DNA of 63,724 bases, filler included, from Trichomonas gallinae (Eukaryota): the NCBI GenBank assembly GCA_008369845.1. It is 6 parts of 6 records of this genome, joined end to end, with 100 filler letters (N's around TTAATTAATTAA, not from the genome) between each part and the next. Parts side by side here need not be neighbours in the genome. Positions count along the whole stretch, not along the records: positions 37,353 to 54,957 come from MRSU01000892.1; positions 55,058 to 63,724 come from MRSU01000899.1; 4 more parts are not named here. The stretch is one strand, 5' to 3'. A program made the position numbers and the translations under genes. Under the pieces are notes generated by a model. The model worked only from the letters and a program-made list of their open reading frames with translations. It was not told the DNA's origin and did not search any database. How positions within the stretch are numbered: the first letter of the stretch is position 1; each line of letters begins with the position of its first letter. Of this stretch, positions 54,432 through 63,724 are shown piece after piece.

Positions 54432-54957
54432 TTTCATTTTTTTTTTATTTTGTTTGTAAACGTTATTTAGTATCTTTATATCAATGAAACTATCTAGTCT
54501 TAAATCAAAAGCACAAATTGCAAAAAGTATAGGTCAAAGCTAAAAAATTTTCATTAATTTGCGCAATTATCTCTAAAACTGTGCTTTAGGTACTCATCTT
54601 ATATATAGTCATTATAAACACTGAAAAAATCTATTTCATCGCTAATATAAAGTTTTTCAAGAATATTCCATAAATTTCATTCTCTGAGTCTACAGCTTTT
54701 ATATAAGAACTCAATTTATGAATCTTTACTATATAATAGTGCTAAAATACTTAATGGTGAGACTAAATGTGGATGTTGAGAGATATATGTTGACTAAAGA
54801 AAATGTATCATTTCACTGTTGAAATATCAAATGAAACTTTTAAAGATACAGTTTGAAAACCTATCTATTAGAATGCGTATGAAATAGGTTATAACAGATA
54901 GAGTCTCATATTAATATCAAAAAAAAAAAAAAAAAAAAAAAATCAAATATTAAATAT

Positions 54958-55057
54958 NNNNNNNNNNNNNNNNNNNNNNNNNNNNNNNNNNNNNNNNNNN
55001 NTTAATTAATTAANNNNNNNNNNNNNNNNNNNNNNNNNNNNNNNNNNNNNNNNNNNN
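54958..55057. other. Artificial contig linker
   Basis: N44-TTAATTAATTAA-N44. Confidence 0.97.
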
Positions 55058-56079
55058 CTTGTGCAGTCAACAAGTGTTGTATTCCATGCATATGTCTTTC
55101 CATTGTTTGTTGCTTCGAATCCGAAAACTGAGCCTGGAGGGAAGAATAAATTGTTAGCATGGGGAACAGTTTTATTAATTAGATGACTGTAATTTCTATT
55201 CACATAATTTAAATTAAAAATGTATCCATGATAATTTTCTCGGAAGCTTGTTTGTGTTTCATTGTAACCGCTTATCAAACTTCCGTTATAGTATACCTTG
55301 AATTCAGACAATTTAGGATTCTTAATATCTTTTGCAAGTAGACTAGCAGATGTTGGCATCATGTAAAATGGGATAAATCCAGGTGGAGGTGATGCAATGA
55401 ATGGGAGTTCTTCGTTTGAGCGCTCATTAAAGTGGAAATTCATTGTGAAATATTCTACTGGTACACTTTCAAAACCAAAAATTTTGGTTCGTTTACCTTG
55501 ACTCACTGAGCACATCGATGTCTTTGTTAAATGTGGTGAAAGCATATTATTTCTATCGGGAATATCATGTGCAATTTGGCCATAGAGAATATATACACCA
55601 TTAGTGATTTTCCTGTGATAAAAAGTAGTATGGCTTGAGTTCATACAACCTTTTTCCCATTTTGGAGCCTGTTGCGTGCATAGTGCATTTGAATTATTAG
55701 AATCAAGTGGTCTGCCAGTTGCCCAACGAACAAAAGAACATTGACATGTTTCTTCTTCTTTGGTATCATCCCATGTAATATTGTTTTGGTAGCCTGTTAA
55801 CCAACGGATTCGATTGAAGAATGCTAAAGTGCGATCTTTCAACTGTTGTGACATATGAATATTATAATTACATTTAGCTCTATCCATATGTGATGATATA
55901 ATACCAGTGTTATTAATTCCGTCATCTGAATCATCAGGGGCTCTAAATGAATCTTCGTTTTCGAAAATTGAATTTTCGTAATATTTATCATTAGCACATA
56001 CTTCATTGAATGATCTGGTCTGTGCCCGATCGAATTTTACCAATTCACATATGGAAGAGATGAATAACATCAGAAGCAT
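55058..56079 (-). CDS. CAP/SCP-like surface protein, array copy 1 (3' truncated by gap)
   Basis: Signal peptide, LAFFNRIRWLTGY, DRNNMLSP and FIASPPPGFIP; paralog of the next three genes. Confidence 0.8.
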
Positions 56080-56668
56080 GATGATCAAATGATTCAGTTT
56101 TTTGATAGAGCGATTTTTGATATAGTACGTTAGATTTGAATATCAAATAAATTGAACAACGATTCACAATACTAAATATGAAATATCTTTCTGAGATTAT
56201 ACTGCATCACGATTGTGCATTTTTGTAAACCTGATTGATACTCTGAAAAAGTTGCATCAGATGTTTATTTGCATATTGGATATCTTTTGATAATAAATTT
56301 TGAAAGAAGTGCGACTTTAAGAAAAAATTAAATGTTCAGAATTTTTTGAGAAAGTATTTAATTTTTGATCATTATAACCGTATTCATAAGCATAATGAAT
56401 ACTCATAAAATTACGAGTTTTGAGAACTCTTTGAAAATGGAAATATTTGGTCCATAATTGAGTTGATTTTCTCAAAAACCCCGAATTATTCATTTTCCGA
56501 GAATTGATATTAGATTTTGGCTTGAGATTGATAGTCTTTGGTTGAGTTGTTCTAGAGATTCATTCGCTTTATTTAATTTTTATAAACATTATTCAATTTT
56601 TTTTATTGAAAGGAAAATAGTCGTATGCCAGAAAACTTTTTTCCGATTTTTCTGCATTACTGATAGTG

Positions 56669-56725
56669 ACAGTTTTCGGATGTTTAATTTCTCGCTTCGC
56701 TCGAAATGAAAGGTCCGAAAACTGT
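56669..56725 (-). mobile_element. Second long hairpin with GCGAAGC cap, bordering a segment absent from the paralogous spacers
   Basis: Perfect 12-bp arms 56669-56680/56714-56725 plus 8/11 inner pairs; loop reads GA-GCGAAGC-GA on the minus strand. Confidence 0.55.
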
Positions 56726-57059
56726 AAAATTTTGTAAAGTTGAAAATTCCTTGAATTAACAATTTTATCATGAATTTTACCTCTAAACCCTAATTGAAGA
56801 CAAAGACTAAGAAATATTAATTACATAATAGAATGATTAACACAGCAAAAGTATAATTGCGTTTTCAATTACATCTGCACTGAAGTCACCAATGTCAATT
56901 TTTTCTGTTTTGAGACCCAATAGTCTGAAATATAGATTCCATCATGTGAGTCATACTGTATATTCTATATATCTTTGTATTCTAAAATTGAGTAAAAAAA
57001 TTAGATTTGATTTTTCATATCAAAAATTTAATCAAAATGATGAATAAATTTAATATGAA

Positions 57060-58343
57060 TTATGCAGAAAGTGCTGAAGTACCAGCAGTAGCGCCACTTG
57101 CGACAACAGAAGAACCACCTCCAAGAACACCAGCAAAAACAAGGCCGCCAACAACAGCGCCTGCCACCGCAGCAACACCAACTGTAACGCCAACACCTAT
57201 GGCAACTTTTTGCTTTTGCGAGAGTCCTGACTTCTGACTTGATGTATTATCACTGTCAGTCATGATTTTAGCGGCAATATTAGATGATTCTGTGGAAATT
57301 GTCGTTGCTTGATATTCACTAGCATCTTTTGTGCAGTCAACAAGTGTTGTATTCCATGAATATGTTTTTCCGTTGTTTGTTGCTTCGAAACCGAAAACTG
57401 AACCAGGTGGAAAGAAGAACATATAATCATCACGATTAACAAAATTACCAGATAAATGACTGTAGTTCCTCTTTATAACACCGGTTAAATCAATAGAATA
57501 TCCATGATAATTGTCAATGGAGTTGTGTTGTGTATCAATTTCACCGTTAGTGATTATCTTTCCATTATAATAGATCTTGATTTCAGACTTCTGAGGATCC
57601 TTGATATCTTTGGCAAGCAAGCTGACGACAGATGGCATCATGTAATATGGGATGAAGCCAGGTGGAGGTGCTGCAACGAATGGAAGTTCTTCTGTGATAT
57701 TTTGATTATATTGAGGATTCATTGTGAAGTAGGCATAAGAAATGGAACCAGAGCCGTGTTTTCCCTGACTGACTGTGCACATTGTTGTCTTTGTTAAATT
57801 TGGTGAGAGCATAAGATTCCTATTGTCAGTGCTATATTCGATTTCATTATATAGCTTAAAGATAGCTGTAGACATCTTGCTGTGTGGAACGGTCAACCGA
57901 TTTGAATTCGTGCAACCTTCTTTCCATTTTGGAGTTTTTTGCATGCATTTAACATTTTCATTAGACCTTTCATCAAACATTCTTCTTCCAGCTACCCAAC
58001 GAATAAAAGAGCATTGACATGTTTCGTTATCTTTGGAGTCATCCCATGTGAGATTCCTTTCGTAGCCTGTAAGCCAGCGGATACGATTGATGAATGCTAG
58101 CGTTCGGTATTTCAATTGTTGAGATACATTAACATGATAGTTGCATTCATCTTTATCTGCTGATGTTGCTATAATACCAGTGTTATTGATTCCATCATCT
58201 GAGTCATCAAGGGCTTGGAATTCATTTTCGAATTCGAAAATTGAGTTTTCATAATATTTATCATTGGCGCAAACTTGGCTAAATGTTCTAGATTGTGCTT
58301 TAGGGAACTTCACAAGTTCACATAGAGAAAAGATGAACAACAT
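57060..58343 (-). CDS. CAP/SCP-like surface protein, array copy 2
   Basis: Same motifs, Ser/Thr stalk and Gly/Ala/Val-rich C-terminal hydrophobic segment. Confidence 0.85.
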   Translation of the reverse strand: MLFIFSLCELVKFPKAQSRTFSQVCANDKYYENSIFEFENEFQALDDSDDGINNTGIIATSADKDECNYHVNVSQQLKYRTLAFINRIRWLTGYERNLTWDDSKDNETCQCSFIRWVAGRRMFDERSNENVKCMQKTPKWKEGCTNSNRLTVPHSKMSTAIFKLYNEIEYSTDNRNLMLSPNLTKTTMCTVSQGKHGSGSISYAYFTMNPQYNQNITEELPFVAAPPPGFIPYYMMPSVVSLLAKDIKDPQKSEIKIYYNGKIITNGEIDTQHNSIDNYHGYSIDLTGVIKRNYSHLSGNFVNRDDYMFFFPPGSVFGFEATNNGKTYSWNTTLVDCTKDASEYQATTISTESSNIAAKIMTDSDNTSSQKSGLSQKQKVAIGVGVTVGVAAVAGAVVGGLVFAGVLGGGSSVVASGATAGTSALSA

Positions 58344-59248
58344 CTTAATAATGATAAATGATTTGATTTTTTGAAAGAAAGAGTATTGAAAGAGTTTTCA
58401 ATATTTGAATAACATTAAAATTGAATTAATGTCTAAATTTTCAAATCAGATTAAAAATACTTATATGCACACTAGATGCTCATTGTGTATTTGAAAAATT
58501 AAAAGTACAGTCGATTTATAGAAAAAAAATTGAATAATCAGAAATATTTAATTTTAGATCAATATTATAAATGTCATCATTGGCATTTAGAGTTGAAAGA
58601 ATTGTTTAGACATGGTAATTCTTGGTCGATAATTGAGTTGAACTTCTCAAATATCTGTATTAATCATAATATTGTATTGAAATTGTTTTACCTAGGATTG
58701 AACCTGATTAATGAAACACATACAAATTATAAATGAAACTAACATAAAGATTTGTGGTCGATCACTACAGTATTACTGATATGTTTCATACTGTATAGTG
58801 TATTCTGAATAGATATGTAAATTCAATGAATCGAACTAAAATGATGTTTTCTGCCTGGAAAAATTTTGGTGAGTAAACAGTTTAATATATTAAAAAAAGA
58901 ACTTTGTATTTTGCATAGTGCTTATTATCAATTGATGCTGTGACTCCTTCCGAATAAGTCAATAAAATATCAAATTTGCAAAGTTGAAATTTCTTTGAAA
59001 TTAAACATTATCATTATGTAGGCATTTTATACATATAGTGGCACTTACAGTATATTATATATATAAGTCTAAAAAAACACTTTACATCTAACCTTGATAC
59101 AGAAAACGCTAAGAAATTTACAATAAACTTCATTAAGATTCTCATTTCAATATTTATGAAATTGACATATAAATTTGATAAAAAACACTCGGGGATTTTC
59201 ATTAGCGATGATACAGAATAATTTTAGTCTCAATTTCGCAACTTGTAT

Positions 59249-60535
59249 TTATACACCAGCCGCTGCACCACTAGTGACGACAGAAGAACCACCTCCAATA
59301 ACGCCAGAAAAGGCAAGGCCACCTATAACAGCACCTGCAACAACAGCAACACCGACTGTGACGCCAACACCGATGCCGATTTTTTGTTTTTGTGAAAGTC
59401 CTGACTTCTGACTTGACGTTCCATCAATGTCAGGCATTGGTCTAGTTGTAGTATCTGTATTGGATGAAGATTCTGATTTTGGATTAGATGATGTTGAGGC
59501 TGGTATTGGATCTGGATATTTGCCAGCATCTCTTGTGCAGTCAACAAGCGTTGTATTCCATGCATATGTCTTTCCATTGTTTGTTGCTTCGAATCCGAAA
59601 ACTGAACCAGGTGGAAAGAACAAGTCACTAGCACCGAAAACAAAATTATTTACTAGATGACTGTAGTTTCTCATTATACTCCTGGTTAAATCAAAAGTAT
59701 ATCCATGATATTTTTCGCGAGAGCTGTATTGTGTTCCATTATTGCCACTTACTAAACTTCCGTTAAAATAGACCTTGAATTCAGTTGCTTTAGGACTCTT
59801 GATGTCTTTGGCAAACAAACTAGCGACAGAAGGCATCATGTAATATGGAATGAATCCAGGAGGGGGTACTGCAATGAATGGAAGTTTTTCTTCGTTATTT
59901 TCATTAAATTGAAGATTCATTGTGAAGAAGTCTCTGTCTGTATGAGGAAAACCAAATTCCCCTTTTCGTTTTCCCTGACTAACTGTGCACATTGATGTTT
60001 TTGTTAAATGCTGTGAAAGCATAAGATTTCTTTGGTCTACATTTAACAAACCTTCATCATAAAGCTTGAGTATACCGTTAGACATCTTATTGTGTGAAAA
60101 GGTAATTTTATTTGAATTCCTGCAACCTTCTTCCCATTTTGGAGCTTGTGTTGAGCATAATCCATTATTTTGTCCTTCAGATGCCCAATTCACAAATGAA
60201 CATTGGCATGTTTCGTTATCTTTCGTATCATCCCATGTGAGTTTTCTTTGGTAACCTGTTAACCAACGAACTCGGTTAAAGAATGCTAGAGTTCGATCTT
60301 TCAATTCTTGTGATACACTAACATGATAGTTGCATGTGATTTTATCTAATAATGTTGATATAATACCAGTGTTGTTAATTCCGTCATCTGAGTCATCATG
60401 TGCATTGAGCTGATCTTCAATTTCGAAAATGGATTTTTCGTAATTTTGATCGTTTGCACAGACTTCGCTGAATGTCCTAGACTGTGCTCTATCGAATTTC
60501 ACTAGTTCGCACATGGAAAATATGAATAACATCAT
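59249..60535 (-). CDS. CAP/SCP-like surface protein, array copy 3
   Basis: Same architecture as copy 2. Confidence 0.85.
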   Translation of the reverse strand: MMLFIFSMCELVKFDRAQSRTFSEVCANDQNYEKSIFEIEDQLNAHDDSDDGINNTGIISTLLDKITCNYHVSVSQELKDRTLAFFNRVRWLTGYQRKLTWDDTKDNETCQCSFVNWASEGQNNGLCSTQAPKWEEGCRNSNKITFSHNKMSNGILKLYDEGLLNVDQRNLMLSQHLTKTSMCTVSQGKRKGEFGFPHTDRDFFTMNLQFNENNEEKLPFIAVPPPGFIPYYMMPSVASLFAKDIKSPKATEFKVYFNGSLVSGNNGTQYSSREKYHGYTFDLTRSIMRNYSHLVNNFVFGASDLFFPPGSVFGFEATNNGKTYAWNTTLVDCTRDAGKYPDPIPASTSSNPKSESSSNTDTTTRPMPDIDGTSSQKSGLSQKQKIGIGVGVTVGVAVVAGAVIGGLAFSGVIGGGSSVVTSGAAAGV

Positions 60536-61393
60536 AAATATGATGACAATTATTCTATTTCTTGATAATACGAGTATTGAAAGAGCACGTTATTTTGAAT
60601 TATAGAAAAACTGAATATGAATCATCCATGTGATTCATTATACATATTTAATTCATTCACATTATGGATGCTTTTTGTAATTTGAAAGACAGTCGACTAA
60701 TATTAAAATTTTGGAATTTTTAACTACATTCAGATGCATAATGAATGTTCATAAGCGTTTAGAGATTTGAACATGGAAAAATCTGGTCGATATTTGTGTA
60801 CATTTTTTCAAAAACTTGAGTTAATCATTATTTTATTGAAGTGCTCATCTGAGAAATTAAATATGATTTGTAAAACATCAAAATTGTAAATGAAATATTT
60901 CATACTGTATAATGTTATCTTTGTAGATGAATATACTCAATGAATCAAACTAAAGTGATGCTTAGAAAAATTTTGAGAAGATTAATTGAAAAATTATTAT
61001 AACTTTACATTTTGTTTATTATAATCTTATCAGATGTTTCCTATTGTTATATTGTGTTTTATTTAAAAATTTCTTGTTCCGAGGTCAATAGAATCTTAAA
61101 ATTTTGAAAATTCTTTGAATTTACAATTTTATATCAAGAGTTTAAACTTGATTATATAATCAAATGCCAAGAAAATTGAAAGATGCAATAGTATATAATA
61201 ATACTCAAAGTACTGTTTCAAATAGAATAAAAACATTACCGACAACAATTTGTAGGAATAAAGAATGTCTATACAAATAAAGAAATTGTTGATTACATTT
61301 TCTGAGTCATATTGTTGATTCCACACATATATTAAAACCATATGATAAGTAATGAAACAAAATAATTTTAGTCTAATTACACAGTAAGAATTT

Positions 61394-62686
61394 TTAAACA
61401 CCAGTCGCCGCGCCACTTCCAGCAACAACAGGACCACCACCTATAACACCTGCAAAAACAAGGCCACCAACAACAGCGCCCGCAACAGCGGCAACACCAA
61501 CTGTGACGCCAACACCGATGCCAACTTTTTGTTTCTGAGAGAGACCTGACTTCTGACTTGATTCTCCATCGGTGTCATTCATTGTTTTTGTTGAACTGTC
61601 ATCATTAGATGATTGTTCTGACTTTGGATCGGATATTGGATCGGATATTGGATCTGGATATTTACCAACATCTTTTTCGCAGTCAACAAGTGTTGTATTC
61701 CATGTATAGGTCTTTCCGTTGTTTGTTGCTTCAAATCCGAAAAATGATCCTGGAGGGAAGAATAAATCTCTAGCACCAGGTACATAATCGCCTACTAGAT
61801 GACTGTAGTTTCTCGTTAAAGCTTGATTTAAATCGAAACTATATCCATGATATTTTTCACGTGGGCTGTATATTGTTTGATTTAAGCCACTAATCAAATT
61901 ACCGTTATAATAAACCTTGAAATCTGAGTCTTTGGGATCATTGATGTCTTTGGCAAGCAAGCTTACAATAGATGGCATCATATAATATGGTATAAACCCA
62001 GGCGGAGGTGATGCAATGAACGGGAGCTCTTCTTCTATATTGTTACTAAATTGAAGATTCATCGTGAAATAGTCTGTAGGATTCGAATCATAGATCCAAA
62101 TTCGATCTCCTGAACTAACTGTGCACATTGATGTCTTTGTTAAATGCTGTGAAAGCATAGGAAACATTTGATCAACGCCTATAAAACCTTCATTGTAGAG
62201 ATTATAGACACCATTAGACATCTTCCTGTGCGGAAAAATATTAGTATTTGAATTCAAACAGCCCTCTTTCCATTTTAGAAGTTGATTTGTGCAAAATCCA
62301 CTATAATTATTAAAGTCGATTTCTCTGAAAGCTGCCCAACGAACAAAAGAACATTGACAGGTTTCGTCATCTTTTGTCTCGTCCCAAGTAATATTTCTTT
62401 GGTAACCTGTTAGCCAGCGAACACGATTTAAGAATGCTAGTGTCCGCTCTTTCAATTGTTGTGGTACACTTACATGATAGTTGCATGTGTACCTATCTGA
62501 TAGTGTTAATAGAATACCTGATATATTAATTCCATCATTTGAGTCATCTTGTGCATCTACTTGGCTTTCGAAATTGAAAATCGAGTTTTCGTAATATTTT
62601 TCATTAGCGCATACTTGGTTGAACGACCTAGTCTGTGCCCTATTGAATTTCACCAATTCACACATAGAGGAGATGAATAACATCAT
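61394..62686 (-). CDS. CAP/SCP-like surface protein, array copy 4
   Basis: Same architecture; start at MMLFISS by alignment with the paralogs. Confidence 0.85.
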   Translation of the reverse strand: MMLFISSMCELVKFNRAQTRSFNQVCANEKYYENSIFNFESQVDAQDDSNDGINISGILLTLSDRYTCNYHVSVPQQLKERTLAFLNRVRWLTGYQRNITWDETKDDETCQCSFVRWAAFREIDFNNYSGFCTNQLLKWKEGCLNSNTNIFPHRKMSNGVYNLYNEGFIGVDQMFPMLSQHLTKTSMCTVSSGDRIWIYDSNPTDYFTMNLQFSNNIEEELPFIASPPPGFIPYYMMPSIVSLLAKDINDPKDSDFKVYYNGNLISGLNQTIYSPREKYHGYSFDLNQALTRNYSHLVGDYVPGARDLFFPPGSFFGFEATNNGKTYTWNTTLVDCEKDVGKYPDPISDPISDPKSEQSSNDDSSTKTMNDTDGESSQKSGLSQKQKVGIGVGVTVGVAAVAGAVVGGLVFAGVIGGGPVVAGSGAATGV

Positions 62687-63724
62687 AAATATGATGAGAA
62701 AATGCTTCGATTTTTTGAGAGAACGAGTATTGAATTGCATAGATAAGCGACTTATTCAAAAAAATTGAATTCTCAGAAATTTGAGAAAGAATTTAATTTT
62801 CGATCATTATTATAACTGAATTTATTTGTGCATTGAACATTCGTTACTATTTCGAGTTTTATCAATGCTCTGAATATGAAAGTTTTTGGGTCGATAATTG
62901 TGTTGATTTTCTCAAAAACCTGAATTAATCATTTTTTTTTTATTTATTTTTTGGTAATGAAATGGTTTCATGCAGAATATTACTGTATTTGTAAAATACC
63001 AAAAATGTAAAAATAATTGAACATTAAAATTAGCGGATTATCATAAAAATATTAATGAAATGTTTCAATCTGTATAATGTTATATTGATCAATAAATAAA
63101 CATAATGAATCAAACTAAATTGATTTTTACTGTTTAGATTTTTTACGACATGGAAACAATTCAAATGACTTATCAATCTCGCATTTTACATTTTGTTTAT
63201 CATCACATATTCAGTCGTTTCATAATGTAATATTGTGTTATCAATGAAATTTTCTTCTAAAGTGGTCAATACATTCATTTGTTTACGGGCGCGACAACAT
63301 TCTGTAAAATTGCGAGAAAACTCTCAGGCATATGAATATTTTTTTTTATAAATTGTTTTGATATTTTAAATGAAAATAATCAAAGTCTCGATAATTATTG
63401 AGTTTTTGTATTATGAGTTTTAAAATATAATTTTAATGATTATGGAATGTTATTATACACCCTATATGGATGCTACCATATTATTTGCTAAGCGAAAATT
63501 TGTATAGTTTTCACGCGACCTACCTTTTGATTATGGTCAAAATATTGTATAATTCAATGGTAATATTGTTCAAAATGCTCTCTATATCTAAATCCGCAAA
63601 ACTGATTTTGTTAATAAAAAATTTACAAAAAAAAATGTTCATGGAATATAGTCAGAAGAAAAAATGGCAAACGCGGGAAAAATAGGCAAACGCTACCTTA
63701 GAAGCATAATAGAGCCCCAAAACT

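Noticed and set aside
63455..63724. Possible transposon end or short ORF at the window end (CACCCTATA; GGCAAACGC twice)
   Set aside because: No partner repeat or recognisable protein within the window
1..63724. Spliceosomal introns and CRISPR-like arrays
   Set aside because: I found no trichomonad intron 3' signature (ACTAACACACAG) and no repeat-spacer array; reading by eye could miss very short introns

Overview
AT-rich, gene-dense, apparently intron-free eukaryotic DNA from a trichomonad (Trichomonas-like parabasalid). Supporting signs are an IBD-family factor, Inr/M2/M3/M5-type promoter motifs, Trichomonas-type surface-protein tails and expanded trafficking genes. The window is six contigs joined by artificial 100-nt N44-TTAATTAATTAA-N44 linkers, so adjacency across the gaps is not guaranteed. 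It holds about 34 protein genes, one tRNA-Thr(TGT), several decayed pseudogenes and transposon-like termini. The genes include eS31 with a miniature ubiquitin-like leader (missed by the ORF track), eL34, profilin, SNAP, VAMP7, SGT, eIF2B-beta, a PMT-like glycosyltransferase, VPS9, AP-3 sigma and CK1, plus Gly-rich/Cys-rich surface proteins and a four-gene array of CAP-like proteins. Five observations stand out. (1) Two unrelated long DNA hairpins share the same GA(A)-GCGAAGC-GA(A) cap and look like rolling-circle (Helentron-type) element ends. (2) A recurrent upstream motif TGHCRYGTAA occurs more than 20 times, usually in pairs, and is also amplified in a 194-bp triple repeat. (3) A kexin-like protein has lost its whole catalytic triad. 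(4) The ubiquitin-like leader on eS31 is only 53 aa. (5) The CAP-like proteins end in an uncharged Gly/Ala-rich C-terminal anchor. All family calls come from motif recognition by eye; no database search was run.
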